Shown in pieces: positions 1 to 13,689 of a DNA stretch of 64,000 bases. Source of the DNA: Leucoraja erinacea (Eukaryota). The notes below the pieces were generated by a model that worked only from the letters and a program-made list of their open reading frames with translations, ran no database searches and was not told the origin of the DNA. Within the stretch, counting starts at the first letter, position 1. Each line of letters opens with the position of its first letter. A program made the translations under genes and the position numbers. The stretch lies in the NCBI RefSeq assembly GCF_028641065.1, contig NC_073409.1:62001-126000 (forward strand). The letters are read 5' to 3'.

Positions 1-1785
1 GGAGTTTCGATCATCCCGAACATCAGAACAGTCTGGAGCGGTGAACTGCGGAGGGTTCAAAGGCCCCGACCAAGGGTAAACAAAGGAGGAAGATAACTGA
101 ACTTTATTGCCTTCCATCACAGTGAGGATTGTTGATTCCACTGTGGTGGATGCTTATGTTTAATTATATTTTATGTGTGTATTGTGTTCTTTTCACTTAG
201 TATGGCTGTATGGTAACTCAAATGTAACTGTATCTCAATTGGTTAAGTGACAATAAATGCGAACTTGAACTTAAAAGAAAATTGCATGCAAGCCTCTCGT
301 TTCCAATTGGTATCTATTGACTAATAAATGAAACTACTTTATTTTATTTTATTTCTCACATGGAAATTTGAGTATTAAAGGTTGTTTCACAGTTTGTGAA
401 ATGTGAAAGGCTCCCTGTAATCATCCCTGTACAAGTTAGCCAATAGTATCTGTGAGATTAACTCAGCATACAGAGTTCCTTTAGCGTTAGGAAATTGTGT
501 CATTGTTCTGTGTGTTGCAGTCTGGAGTTCCATTGTATAGTTTTGCTTAATTCTACAGTATGTCTCTCGTTCAGAGGTTTAGGCAGAGCTCAATGTTACT
601 TGTTTTTTGTGGTAGGAACAGTCTAATGAGAACTGGTGACTACGCAGCAGATGGTCACTTGGATGACTGAATATGACATGCTGGTGCACTCGAATGACCA
701 ATCTGAATACAGTTCAGCTGTCTTGATGTGCACTGGCTTGATAAAGCTATATTGCAATTGTCTGTATTTAATTAATTTTGCAAAGAACCCAACTTGGCCT
801 CCTGTCATTCTCCCTTCCTACCTCTGCAATATGTGTTTGGCTGACTATTATCTTTGGCAGCATCTTTGGAGAGAGGGAATGGGTGATGTTTCGGGTCGAG
901 ACCCTTCTTCAGACCTGACCAGAAAGGTCTATAGGAGCAAAGAGGTCCTTCTGCAAATGCAATATGGACAAATCGTGGGCAGGTGGGACAAGTGTAGCTG
1001 GGACATGTTGGCCAGTGTGGGCAAGTTGGGCGAAGGGCCTATTTCCACACTGTATCGCTCTATGACTCAAGTTCCAACAGATTTGTCAGGCAAAATATCC
1101 CCTTCAAAAAACCATGCTGACTACGGCCTTTTTTATCATGTGTTTCTCAGTACCTGGAAACCATAATAATCATCAAATCTACCAACTACTGGTCAGGCTT
1201 CTGGCCCATAGTTTTTCCTCTTTTGCCTCTCTACCATCTTGAACAGTGGAGTAACATTTGCCATTTTCCAGTCAAACCCAACAAATGAGGGACGATCTTA
1301 TTCAAACAGGAAAGATCCAAAGAGGGCTTGACGGGATACATTTTTAAAATTCACTAGTTGGAGAATCTCAAACAAAGAGAGATAGCTACAAGATAAGGGA
1401 CCAGTCATTTAAATTGCAAGTGTATCAACATTTCTTTTCACAGTGGGTGTGACTTTTAGACAGATAGACGTAGGACCGGTTTAGAGGGATATGGGCCAAA
1501 CGCAGGCAGGTGGGACATGTTGGCTGGTGTGGGCAAGTTGTGCTGAAGGGCCTGTTTCCACACTCTGTGGCTCTATGTATGATTCTAGAACCCTTTGCTG
1601 AGTCAAGTTGCTTTGCAGGAATCCACAGCCCTTTAGATACTTTTCAGGGTGGGGGTCTGGCATAGATCTACAGATGTTTGTTAGTGAGCAGGTATTTAAA
1701 TGTTTGTCGTGCCCTGGCCATTAAAGGAGAGAAAGCAATCAAGATTTGATATTGCAGGACCAAATCCACTTCGATCTAATAACTG

Positions 1786-3225
1786 GTGGTAGACAAAAAT
1801 GCTGGAGAAACAGCGGATGAGGCAGCATCTATGGAGCGTAGGAAATAGGCGATGTTTCGGGTTGAAACCCTTCTTCAGACTGATGTGGGGGTGGGGGAGG
1901 AAGAAAGGAAGAGGTGGAGACAGTGGGCTGAGAGGGAGCTGAGAAGGGGAGGAGAAAGTAAGGACTACCTGAAATTAGAGAAGTCAATGTTCATACCGCA
2001 GGGGTACAAACTGCCCAAGTGAAATATGAGGTGCTGCTCCTCCAATTTACGGCGGTCCTCACTCTGGCCATGGAGGAGGCCCAGGACAGAGAGGGCGGAT
2101 TCGGAATGGGAGGGGGTTGAAGTGCTGAGCCACCGGGAGATAAGGTTGGTTATTGCGAACCGAGCTGAGGTGTTTGGCAAAGCGATTGCTAAACCTACGC
2201 TTGGTCTCACCGATGTAGAGCAGCTGATACCTAGAGCAGCGGATGCAATAAATGAGGTAGGAGGAGGTGCACCTGGAAAGACTGCTTGGGTCCTTGAATG
2301 GAGCCAAGGGGGGAGGTAAAGTGATAAGTGTAGCATTTCTTGCGATTGCAAGGGAAAGTGCCCGGAGAGGGGGTGGTTCAGGTGGGAAGGGACTAATTGA
2401 CCAGGGAGTTACGGAGGGAGCGGTCTGTGGAAAGCAGACAGGGGAGGAGATGGAAAGATGTGGCAAGTGGTGGGATCACGTTGGAGGTGGCGTGAATGTC
2501 GGAGGATTGTTTGTTGTATGTGACGGCTGGTAGGGTGGAAGGTGAGGACAAGGGCGACTCTGCCCTTGTTATGCGTGGGGGGATGGGGAGTGAGAGCAGA
2601 GTCATGGGGTATAGAGTAGACCCTGGTGAGAGTCTCATCTATGGTAGAAAAGGGGAATCCCTGTTCCCAGAAGAATGAGGACATCTCCGATGCCCTGGTG
2701 TGGAACACCTCATCCTGGGTGCAGATGCGGCGTAGATGGAGGAATTGGGAGTAGGGGATGGAGTCCTTACAGGAAGCAGGGTGGGAAGAAGTGTAGCCCA
2801 GATGACCATGGGAGTCAGTGAGTTTATAGTGGATGTCGGTCAGTAGTCTGTCACCTGCGATGGAGATAGTGAGGTCAAGAGATGGTAGGGAAATGTCAGA
2901 AATGGTCCAGGTGTATTTGAGTGCCGGATGAAAGTTAGTGGTGAAATGTATGAAGTCAGTGAGTTGGGTGCAGGAGGTAGCACCAATGCAGTCGTCGATG
3001 TAGCGGAGGTAGAGTTCGGGCATAGGGCCACGGTACGTCTCGAACAAGGATTGTTCGACGTACCCGACAAAGAGGAAGGCATAGCTGGGGTCCATGCACG
3101 TGCCCATAGCTACGCCTTGTATTTTGAGGAAATGGGAGCAGTCAAACGAAAAGTTATTAAGGGGAAGGACAAGTTCCACTAGGCAGAGGAGTGTATCAAT
3201 AGATGGGAACAGAATCAGCAATCTA
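1786..3225 (-). mobile_element. Penelope-like retroelement (RT + GIY-YIG endonuclease + terminal repeat), 5' truncated and frameshifted
   Basis: ORF 2409-3221 has RT motifs QGVAMGT and YLRYIDD. ORF 2059-2466 has GIY-YIG (IYCIRCSRYQLLYIGETKRR). ORF 1965-2351 ends with the typical ...GSLYPCGMNIDFSNFR. Confidence 0.9.
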
Positions 3226-3282
3226 TCTGTGCTGTGAAGACTAGATAATTACAGATAGTTTGGGAGTGGTTTGAAGATAAGG

Positions 3283-4430
3283 TACTACCCAGTATTCCGC
3301 AGGTTTCCGCCTTCTGCAGGGATCGTTCCTTCCGCAACTCCTTGGCTCACTCATCTCTAACCCTCACTCATTTAAGAATAAGGAGTAAGCCATTTAGAAC
3401 GGAGACGAGGAAACACTTTTTCTCACAGAGAGTGGTGAGTCTGTGGAATTCTCTGCCTCAGAGGGCAGTGGAGGCAGGTTCCCTGGATGCTTTCAAGAGA
3501 GAGCTAGATGGGGCGCTTAAAAATAACAGTCAGGGGATATGGGGAGAAGGCAGGAATGGGGTACTGATTGGGGATGATCAGTCATGATCACATTGAATGG
3601 TGGTGCTGGCTCGAAGGGCCGAATGGCCTCCTCCTGCACCTATTGTCTATTATTTCTTCCCACCCAAAGTATTGCTTCCCCAGGTACTTTCTTCTGCAAC
3701 TGTAGGAGATGCAAAACCTGTCCTTATACTTCCTTCCTCAACTCCATACAAGGACCCTGACAGTCCTTTCAGGCTAGACAGAGATTCACATGCACCTCCT
3801 CTAACCTCATCTACTGCATTCGGTATTCCCGATGTGTGCTCCAGTGCTTTAGCGAGACCAAACATAGGCTCACTGACTGTTTCGCTGAACACATACGCTC
3901 GGTCCATCTAGGCCTATGGGATCTTCCAGTTGCTAACTATTTCAGCTCCCCTTCCCATTCCCACACTGACCTTTCTGTCCTGGGCATCTTCCATTGTCAG
4001 AGTGAGACCACCTGCAAATTTGAGGAACAGCACGTCATATTTTGCTTAGGTAGCTTACAACCCAGTGGTATGAACATCGAAGTCTGTAATTTTAAGTAAC
4101 TTCTACTTACACTCCCCTCCCCTCCCTCCTCTTTTGTCCACACCTGCCCTTCGCCCACCCTTGCTGTTTTACCAGTTCCACACATGGTTTCTTTTGAGAT
4201 CACACCTTCCCTTGGCAACAATGGGGCCACCAGGCACTCTCTGCCTGAGCACATTTGTGGATGGCCCTGAGTGGTCCTGGTGTTTCCTCGCCTCTAGCTC
4301 TTCACCTCCCCCCCCCCCCCCCCCCCCCCCCACCCCCACCTTTCAGTCTGAAGAAAGGACCCGATTCGAAACATCATCCATCCTTTTTCTCCAGAGATGC
4401 TGCCTGACCCGTTGAGTTACTCAAGCACTG
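3283..4430 (+). mobile_element. Penelope-like element 3' part (GIY-YIG region + terminal repeat), interrupted by a CR1 3' fragment
   Basis: ORF 3836-4099 ends ...GSLQPSGMNIEVCNFK and is homologous to the opposite-strand copy. Terminal repeat with a poly-C tract at ~4307-4430. Confidence 0.85.
3364..3650 (+). mobile_element. CR1 LINE 3' fragment nested in the Penelope copy
   Basis: RT C-terminus FFSQRVVSLWNSLP followed by the CR1 3' UTR (gggccgaatggcctcctcctgcacc). Confidence 0.85.
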
Positions 4431-5139
4431 AGAGGCAGATCAGGGGACAGTCCTTGGAGAGAGTATGCCGGCAGAAGAAAAATAGTTGCATAACATTGAA
4501 ATGACTAAAGAGATTCAGGGATGGTTAGCTGTGGGTTGTTCTCAAGGGAAATGAAACAGGAATTGTGCACTTGAGGGGGTATTTGCTGGGACTAATAGAG
4601 GAAGTTGCAGTAAGAAAGAATTAATTACTGGATTTTAACTTGTCTTTCCCAAAGAAAGGGTTAGGATTCATGAGCAAGCAGATTTCCAGTTTGTCATGTT
4701 TGGGAACTAAGATAGACACAAAGTGCTGGAGTAACTCAGCGGGTCAGGCTGTATCTCTAGACAAAAAGGATAGGTAACGGATTGGGTTGGAACCCTTCAG
4801 TCTGACGAAGGGTCTGACCCAAAACAACACGCATCCTTTTTGTCCAGAGATGCTGCCTGACCAGCTCAGTTACTCCAGCACTTTAGTATAAACCAGCATC
4901 TGCAGTTTCTTTGATGTCCACCATTGGGATATAATTTCATGCCAAGTTTGGGAAACACTAGAGATTCCAGTGTTGGCTACCCACCTAGGAATAGAGGCAG
5001 GAAGCACTGGCAGGTGCAAAATGGACATGTTCAGAACACAAGGGCATTAGTAGCCCTGGGATAGGAACAGATTAGGTTTAGGATTATTCTTGTCATGTGT
5101 ATCGAGGTGCAGTGAAATGCTTTGATTTTGTTTTGTTTT

Positions 5140-5450
5140 GAGATATAGTATGGAAACAAGCCCTTCAGCCCACCTACTCCACACTGACCATCGATCACCT
5201 ATTCACACTAGTTCCCTGTTATCCCATTTTTGCATGTACTCCCTACACACTGAGGGTAGTTTTACAGAGGGCTAGTAAATCTATAAACCTGCATGTCTTT
5301 AGCATGTGTGAGGAAACATGAGCACACAGAGGATAAAGTCACAGGGAGAACATGCAAACTCCGCACAGACAGCACCCGAGGTCAGGATCAATCCCGGCTT
5401 TTTGCCATTGTGAGGCAACAGTTCTACCAGTGGCGCTGCTGTGCTGCCCT
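5140..5450 (-). mobile_element. tRNA-derived V-SINE (HE1-like)
   Basis: The minus strand has a degenerate B box and the V-domain GCGGAGTTTGCATGTTCTCCCTGTGAC, plus a CR1-like 3' tail. Confidence 0.7.
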
Positions 5451-6455
5451 AATTTGCATGTTATCCAATCAGATCAGATAGTACTTTACATAAATACATT
5501 GGTCAAACTTATGCACAATAGATAGATGAAAGGGGAAGATTCAGTGCAGACTATCATTTTCAGCATTGTAGCACATCAGTTCCATAGAATGCATGTGTAA
5601 AATTAGAAGGCCATTTAGAGATGCAAATAGTTCCCTAAAGAAAAGAAAAACCTAAAATATTCCTGATTGTGGAACTAAACTCTAAAATAAAACAGAGCTT
5701 GCCTGAAACAGTCAGCAAGAAGTTTATGTGTGGATCGGATATTTCAGCTGTTTCTTGCAACAATGACAAATATTGCAGGTCAGAGCTCTCCGACTGCACA
5801 TCTGAGTACTGCTTGAATCTGATGAACGTTTTGCCTCTCCAACCCTTTAGGTTGTGAGTTCCACATTCCTGGGTGAAAAATATATTTACCTCGTCTCCAA
5901 TCCTTTCACAAATAAAGTGATATTTGCTGAGGTCCTCCGTGTTCATTCTATCTAGGCCCCTCATCATTTTATGACCTTGGAGATTATACTCTGTCTTCAA
6001 TCCCAAAGAAAGTAACAGTAAATTATCTAATCAAACAATAGCTACAGTTTTCCATTCTGGCAACATCTTTGTAGATCTCCTCCACATCCTCACAATCATA
6101 TCTTTCCTGTGAAATGGTGATTAGAACTATGCACAGTTTTCAAACTGTGAACTCTGACCTGAATAATGTTGTACACAGTTCCAGTGTGATCTATTGTATT
6201 CTATACAAATAAAGTATCCCATATACCTTTTTAACCTTAGTTGACTTGCTAGACTTGAAGATCTGCAGATATACACATGAAAATCCCTTTCTTCATTCAC
6301 ATCACTCAATATACTCCCATTCGCCTCTCAAAATGCACTGTATTGCACTTTTCCTGATTTAATTCAATTGACCATTTTTCTGACTAAATGTTCAGTATCC
6401 TGGAGGGATAATGAAAGAGAATTGATGAAGTGTAGCTGTTTCTCTTGTTTTTCAG

Positions 6456-6560
6456 GTACCCGAACCAAAGTTTCAAGTTCCAAATGCTGAAGAAAAGGAT
6501 TTGTGGCTGACTGCCTTAAATGAAGCAATCAAAGAGGCCAACAATGAACAGTTTGATCAG
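6456..6560 (+). CDS. PLEKHO2: PLEKHO2-like internal coding exon (end of PH domain: VPEPKFQVPNAEEKDLWLTALNEAIKEANNEQFDQ)
   Basis: Acceptor ttttcag and donor gtgatt; 105 nt, phase 0/0. The translation matches the C-terminal PH helix of the PLEKHO1/2 family (EEKxxWxxALN). Confidence 0.85.
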
Positions 6561-8928
6561 GTGATTGTTTTCAGTGTCAGTAAACTGCTGTGCAGACTGG
6601 ATTGGTAATCAACTCGTGGCCCAGGTGTTATAGGGTACAGCAGAAACAAGACAAGAATCACCCTCTGTTCACATTGAGCCAATTCTGTGAAACACAAAGT
6701 ACTGGAGTAAAGCAGTGGGTCAGGCAGCATCTCTGGGGGACATAGATATGTGACCCTTATGTCAGTCAGGACCCTTATGGAGCATGTAAAAGGATCCAAC
6801 CCAAACGTTGCCTATCCATTCCCTCTACAGATACTCCCTGACCCACTGAGCTATTCCAAAACGTTGTGTTTTAATCAAGATTCCATTTGCAGTTTCTTGT
6901 GCCTCCCTGTACACTTCTCACAGAAATGTTAATCTTCATGAGAAGGTCCATGTGGCATCTTACACAAAATGGTGTACCCTTTATCCTTACTATATGGACA
7001 GATTGATTGTGATCACGTATAGTCTTTTCTTTGACTGGACAGCATGCAACAAAAAAGATTTTCACTGTACCTCAGTACATATGACACTAATAATAACTAA
7101 ACTAAACTAATTTAAAAATTAAAATCTAAAAGGATGCCATTGATCAGGCATGTAGGCATGTCAGCACAGTGATGACAGTAAATAATTATACATTATCACA
7201 TGGTCTTACGAAAGCTCAGCATCCACGGTTTCCAGTTTCACTTCCCAGGGGCTTACCAGTCTCTCGCTTAGATCAGATAAAGAGAGGAACACTATTTCCT
7301 GTACAGTGAAGTTAAGAACATAGACTTAAAGTGATGGAAAAAGGCAGGGAATCTGAGAAGAAATCTTCTTACATAGAATAGTTAAGCACTGCAGTGCATT
7401 GCAATGTTGTGAAAATGGAGAACCACTCACTGCACTACAGGAATTAGAATCACAGAATGGTTTAAGCAGAGACAGAGGCCTTTCATCCTATGAATTCTCT
7501 GCCAGTTCTTTGTGGAGAAATCCCATTAGTCCAATATCCCTTTTTCCTTGCGGCTCGGCAATAAATCCCACTTAAATGCCCATAGAACTGTTCCATCACC
7601 CTGATAGGCAGTGCACTCCAGTGCTTCACCATTCTGTAAGTTTGTATGTTTCCTTTCATATCCTTGTGTCTTTTCATATCATTTTAAAGTCTGTCTTGCC
7701 TGGATCTCACTGTAATGGGAATAGGTTCTCTCCATTGATCTTGCATAAGCACATTATGATCATCTATACCTTCCACAGTAACACCATAACACTGTAACCT
7801 CATGGTTAAAATATTTCATTCATGGATCCATTCCAGTCAATCTTTTCTAAACCTTGTCCTATTTCTACACATCATTCCTCAAGATAAATGACTAGAATTG
7901 AATGCTATACTCAAGTAACTTCAATTTGTTGCTAAATTATGTTATTAAATATTCAAAATAACCATAATGATTTAGCCATGGAAACATCTTAGGTTGCTGA
8001 AAATCTGAAGTAAAACAGAAATTGTTTCAAATACTCAGCAGGCCAAGTGACATCAGTGCACAGAGAAACAGAGTTAACATTTTAGGATTATTGGAGTTTT
8101 AAGGGCCTGTCCCACTTGGCGATTTTTTTCGGCAACTGCCAGCATCATTGACTGACGTATCAGGGTCAAAATCTTTTGGTGACACTGATATGACGCCGGC
8201 AGCCTACTTTGCCATCTTCATTCTCAATGTGATCTGTTACTTTCAAATATTTTTGGCCATATAATATCACACTTTTCAGTGTTAAACTTCAGCTGCCACT
8301 TGTCTACACATCATGTTAGGGTTAGGTTAATGCACTATCACCATCCTCTTCAGTTTGAAGACATATACAGATTTTTTAAACTCTATCCCCATTAATATAT
8401 GTCCCAGTGTATATCTCAAGGAAACCTCTTCCTACAATTTCCACTCCTTAATCCCATTTCCTAATGATGTTACAACTGACCCTTTATTTTCCCCAGGCAT
8501 GATTCTGATCATTTTTTTACGCCTTTGTCTGATATTTCATCAAAACAATTAATAGTTCAATTCACTTCACATTTTTAATGGCAAAGTTAAATTATGAAAT
8601 GTGTAAAACAAAGAAAATTAGATGCTGTGGTAAGGGATAGAATTTAACGTCCTATAATGATCACAGTCTGAGGTGGTTTGCTGCTGTTTGCCAATGATAA
8701 AGCTTTTACTTGACCGATTTATTCTGGTAAAAGTTGCTGTATGTTGCAAAGAACCTGAACCCCAAATTATGCTGATGCACAAAACGGAAGTAGAGTGAAA
8801 TCTGTCAGGACTGTCCTTGCCTTCATTTTCAGATCATAAATGTGATCAGATATCATACCTGCAGTGTCAGCAGTGTTCTGTCAAGCCCCTGAATATTTTA
8901 GCATCATTTACTGAATATTTGTGTTTAG

Positions 8929-9027
8929 GTTACAGTGGATGAAAAAAATTCTCTGGATCACTTGACACGTAACAGAGTGAAAATAAACCACAGCAGAAGA
9001 CCACCAACCAGACAACATCGAAGAGAA
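8929..9027 (+). CDS. PLEKHO2: PLEKHO2-like coding exon (VTVDEKNSLDHLTRNRVKINHSRRPPTRQHRRE)
   Basis: Acceptor gtttag and donor gtaagt; 99 nt, phase 0/0. HxTRxRxK..RRPPTR is the PLEKHO family motif, resembling a capping-protein-interaction motif. Confidence 0.9.
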
Positions 9028-9837
9028 GTAAGTTCCGCTGTAAAATTAGAAATTCCTTGTGTGGAGCACATACATTCACTTGCAATGTTCACAAGATCCA
9101 CATGACAACCACGTTTTTAAACAATTAAGAGTTACATTCAAGAATGTTACACATCAAGGTTCAAGATTAATCAACCACTGCAGTTAGTAAGAACCAAATA
9201 TTACAGCATCCGATGTGACACAGTCAGGCTTATCAAAACACTCTAAGCTTCCAGCTTCATTTCCTGCCTTGGGATCCACCCACCTGGAAAGGTCATTGGT
9301 ACAAAAAACATTCACTTGTTAAAAAAACCATTTAATTGGTCAGAGATTATGCACTTGATCCCTGAATTTTGATCTATGTTAGAAACATAGAAAATGGGTG
9401 CAGGAATAGGCCATTCGGCCCTTCGAATCATGGCTGATCATCGAAAATCAGTACCCCATTCCTGCTTTTTTCCCATATCCCTTGATTCCCTTAGCCCTAA
9501 GAGCTAAATCTAACTCTCTTGAAAACATCCAGTGAATTGGCCTGTTCCTGTTATTGGGGAAAAGTCAACATTTTGTCTTCACAAAGGTGATGTGGATATT
9601 GTAAGAACCTTTTTTGTTTTGAATTAGCTTTGTTGACAGCAAAAGAAACCAAGTGCTGGAATAACTCAGTGGGTCAGGCAGTATCTTTGGAGAACATGGA
9701 TAGGTGAAGTTTCAAATCGTGACCCTTCTTCAGACCGTTCTCCAGAGATGCTGCCTTACTTTGTGTCTTTTTTTGGTAAACCAGCAAATGCAGTTCCTTG
9801 TTTCCAGATTTATTGCAATTTTGATTACCTATCACAC

Positions 9838-10142
9838 TGAGTCTCTTGTGCAGAGTAAGTGAAGCAAGGACCAGAGGCCATAGGTTTAAGGTGAAGGGGG
9901 AAATATTCAATAGGGATCTGAGAGGTAGCTCTTTCACACAAAGGTGTATGGAACAAGCTGCCAGAGGATGTAGTTGAGGCTGGGACTGGCCAAATGTTTA
10001 AGAAACAGTTAAGACAGGTACATGGATAAGACAGGGATATGGACCAAATGCAGGCAGGTGGGATTAGTGTAGATGGGACATGTTGACCAGGGTGTGCGCA
10101 AGTTGGGCTGAAGGGCCTGTTTCCATGCTGTATCACTATGAC
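9838..10142 (+). mobile_element. CR1 LINE 3' fragment
   Basis: RGHRFKV..WNKLP-type RT tail and the 3' UTR gggctgaagggcctgtttcc. Confidence 0.8.
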
Positions 10143-11235
10143 CTGTAACTGACCCATCATTTGTAGTTCTTAAGCTCCACTTTCATTCTGTCTTGTACAT
10201 TACATCTGCCGTGCCATTTAACCACGTTATGGGCTGAAGGATCATCTAATGAAAAAGGGATGGAAAGGCCAAATTATCTCTCTATAGTTTTGACCTCTGA
10301 GGTTCCTATGTACCTGGGGTTAGTATTCAGGGGTTGGGAATTTGATTGAATCCCATCTCTCAGCAAAATTTGGTTAATGAAACACAACATTAGATGAACT
10401 CTAAAAATGAAATAAAGCTGATGCAGAATGCTAGATTTTGGAAATCTGAAATTAACAGAAAACGACTGAAAGGCATCAGATTAGACGTCATTCACGCTGA
10501 GTGAAGAGTAAACACTTCAGATAACAATTGCTCAAGAAAGGGTTATTAAACATTAGGATTAAAGAGGAACCAGCAATAATGTTACAGAAACTGAAGTAGC
10601 CCACTCATGAAGATCATGGCCAACTTTTACCTCTTTACTGCAACCCTATCTCTAGATTCTCTTGATGTCTAAAAAACAATTAAGACTGTTTCCTGACACC
10701 ACTGAACCCTCGGGTGGAGTATTCCAAAGGTTCACTACACTCTGGGTGGAAAGATTTCTCCTCTGGCCTGAATTGCTGATCCCTGGTTGTAGATATTACA
10801 GTAAGGGGAAACATCATCTGCTGAGCTCATTCGAACATAGAATGTAATTTATGATTCATATCATTCAACATTTTTCTTTAGTACAACTGATTTCTGCATG
10901 GATTTCCCCCTAAAGCAGTGTTTACTCTATTTTAATGTGTATTGACCTGAAATTGCCCATACTCAATCAATTGCTGTTTTATATTGAGCTATAATTCTGA
11001 AATTGAAGTCCCAGCCCTCTCTGTGAAATTTGACTGTTCACTTGCCAGTGTGTCAGCTCCTCACCTAAACTGTTTTAGAGATTGCTGCTGTTAAATACTT
11101 AACAGATCAGGCAGCAGAGGACAGATGACATTTCAGGTCGATAACCTTTAGATTAATCTTCTGATTCATTTGTATGAAGGAGGGCCCCAGCCTGAAATGT
11201 CATTCTCTCCCCCCCCCCCCCCCCCCCCCCCCCCC

Positions 11236-11283
<48 letters not shown>

Positions 11284-11526
11284 ACAGATACTGCCTGACC
11301 TGCTAAGTTCCTCCAGCACTTTGAGTTTTGCTCACGATTCCTGCGTCTGCAGCCTCATAGGAATCCACGTATCAATCCACACCTGATTCATCAGCTGCTT
11401 TGTCACCTCCAAAGATGCTGCCCAGCCAAATGTATTGTTCTTCACTTTTCTGTTGGCTCAATTGTGTTGCATCTCAGCATGTTAAAGAGTAATTATGCGC
11501 TCTAATCAATTCTTTTTAAATGGTAG

Positions 11527-12402
11527 GTTGCCACTGCTGTGTCTGATGGAATGCAGAGATTGGAACTTGGTGCTCAGAATCTTATAACTGAAGACAAAAG
11601 TGAAGAGAATTCAAAGGGAAATGTTCGTGACCATGCCAACACGAATAGACCTATCCTCATGCCTAAGGTGAAACCCAGTAATGCAAAAGTCAACATTGGG
11701 CCAGAGGTTTTGGACAGCCAGGGCAAGGAGCCTGTGACCAAGGAAGGGGAGGGGCCTGTGACCAAGGAAGGGGAGGAGTCAGCATCCAATGAAGGGGCGG
11801 GGCCGATGACCAAGAAAGAGGCGGAACCGGCGACCAATGAGGACAAGGAGACGGCTGGAGCAGACCCCATAGAATGGGAAAATGCAAATGAATCTGATTG
11901 CCAAGCAAATGTATCCAGGGGTGATGAAGTGAAGAAGCTATCTTCTGAAACAAACAGTATTAGTTCACTTTCTAGAGCAAATCTATCCAGAGTTAAATGT
12001 TCTTCCATGGGGAATCTCTTGGGCGAATCCAAACCGAAAGGAATGAAGAAAGGATTCAATGCCTATTTTGCTGACCTAAAGAATGAGAATGTGGCAAAAA
12101 TGGAAGGTGAAATAGCGTTGGAGCTAAAAGTAACACAGAAACTTCTCCATCAAGTGACTCAGGTCTTGGATCCAGGTAATGACACACCTGGTGAGCAGAG
12201 TGATGCCACACAGAATGGCCAATCAACCAAGCATGCCGCGCACTTACTAAACGAAGCTATGGCCAAATGGTCAGAGGCTGACAAAGTCTTGCAGGAACTT
12301 AAAGATTTAAAAGAATTATGCAAGAAATCTGAGACACTCACCTTGGAGGAGAATGTGAGACGCAAAAATCTGTTGATTATCCACAGAAGAAGTATGCCAT
12401 AG
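11527..12402 (+). CDS. PLEKHO2: PLEKHO2-like last coding exon (VATAVSDGMQRLEL...HRRSMP*)
   Basis: Acceptor ggtag, in frame with ORF 11539-12402. The VAxAxSDG..RL start, C-terminal coiled coil and RRSxP end resemble PLEKHO2 more than PLEKHO1. Upstream exons were not found in the window. Confidence 0.8.
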   Translation, partial: VATAVSDGMQRLELGAQNLITEDKSEENSKGNVRDHANTNRPILMPKVKPSNAKVNIGPEVLDSQGKEPVTKEGEGPVTKEGEESASNEGAGPMTKKEAEPATNEDKETAGADPIEWENANESDCQANVSRGDEVKKLSSETNSISSLSRANLSRVKCSSMGNLLGESKPKGMKKGFNAYFADLKNENVAKMEGEIALELKVTQKLLHQVTQVLDPGNDTPGEQSDATQNGQSTKHAAHLLNEAMAKWSEADKVLQELKDLKELCKKSETLTLEENVRRKNLLIIHRRSMP

Positions 12403-13689
12403 TTTGACTCTGTAATGTACAGGAATGCCAGTACAAACTTGCTGGTAGACTAATTGTTATATCCAAATCTTAAACCAGGTTTCTTACATTATCTTAAATT
12501 TGTCTGCAGTAAGTGGACAAGAAGTGGGAGAGCTATGCAGTTGGCCAGAACATCTTTGATGAAGTAATAGATTTTTTGTAAAATAATTATTTGTATGGTA
12601 TTGAGCTGAGAATCTGGGATCATGCAATGATCACACCAGTATGGTTATGCTAATCACCAGCTTGACTGCTACAGAGTCAAACATTTTGCACACGCTCAGT
12701 TTTTTAATCTTAGCTAATAAGAGCTTCCTCAGATTTTTTTTGTTCTCATTTTCCTTTGTTCTTGTTGTTTCAACTCTCTAGCTTTCCTGTTGTGTTGTTC
12801 AACTATGATTTGCAGCAAATGCAGGGGTTCTAGAGTTCCCTCTGCATGCTGTATGTCTTTTTTTAAATTATCCAATGGTATGATGAAGGTTGTTACAATA
12901 GATTTATTTCTGACAGTCGTGATGGCAAGAATGTTGTTTGTGAGTCCTGTTGTGAAGGAGACAGGCTACTGAGTCTATTCCTGCCCAGGGTCAGAAGGCA
13001 ATTATGTTCAAATTCAGTAATCATTAAAATATGAATGTAAAGTTGCTGATTTGTAATTTCCAGTCAGTATTTCAGTTACCGCAAGTATTACTGTATTTAA
13101 TTTAACTGCATTGTTCAAACAATATTTGTACAAGTATTTCTGCAAAAACACGATTTGTAAGAAACCACATTTTCAAAGATTGTGTTTTAAAAACAACTGT
13201 CATTGGGGATAAGAGGGGGTTAGGGGCTAGAATGTTTCAGATTTGCAATAATAGTTATTCTTCCTGCAGGATTTTCAAAACTAAAGGTATTTACAATAGC
13301 TACAAGTTTTGTTACTGCAAACTACAAATACTGAAGGTTGCGTATTATTTTATTTAATGGAGCATCATTGTACAAGTGTCAATACAAATGATTCGTGTCA
13401 ATTTCCAGTGGCCTCCCACATTGAAACCAGCAGCTGCATTCTGAAGAGAGTCTTATTACTGCATGGAGGTTACATGGAACAAAGTATTTACTCCAAACTT
13501 GTTTTCCCCAAGACAGCTTTTTTCCCCTGCTTATCAATTTCCAAAGTAATTTAAACGTGGCTCTCTACAGTTTGAGATTGAAATTGCATTATAACCAATT
13601 TGCGCTATGGAAACAAGCATTATAGCAGAACTACCTGTATTTCTGTGACCTCCAATTATTTTTACTGCCAGTATTAATAATTATGCAAA

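Noticed and set aside
636-1166. 176-aa ORF as a possible gene or upstream PLEKHO2 exon
   Set aside because: It is a mosaic of Penelope terminal repeat and CR1 fragments with no PH-domain similarity.
8100-8200. Possible MITE beginning taagggcctgtcccacttgg
   Set aside because: No matching opposite terminus or TSD was found nearby, so only a fragment is suspected.
11208-11283. ~75-nt poly-C tract giving a poly-Pro ORF (also tracts at 4307, 30869, 49042, 49339)
   Set aside because: These homopolymers are mostly associated with repeats. Their lengths may be sequencing or assembly artefacts, and they are not coding.
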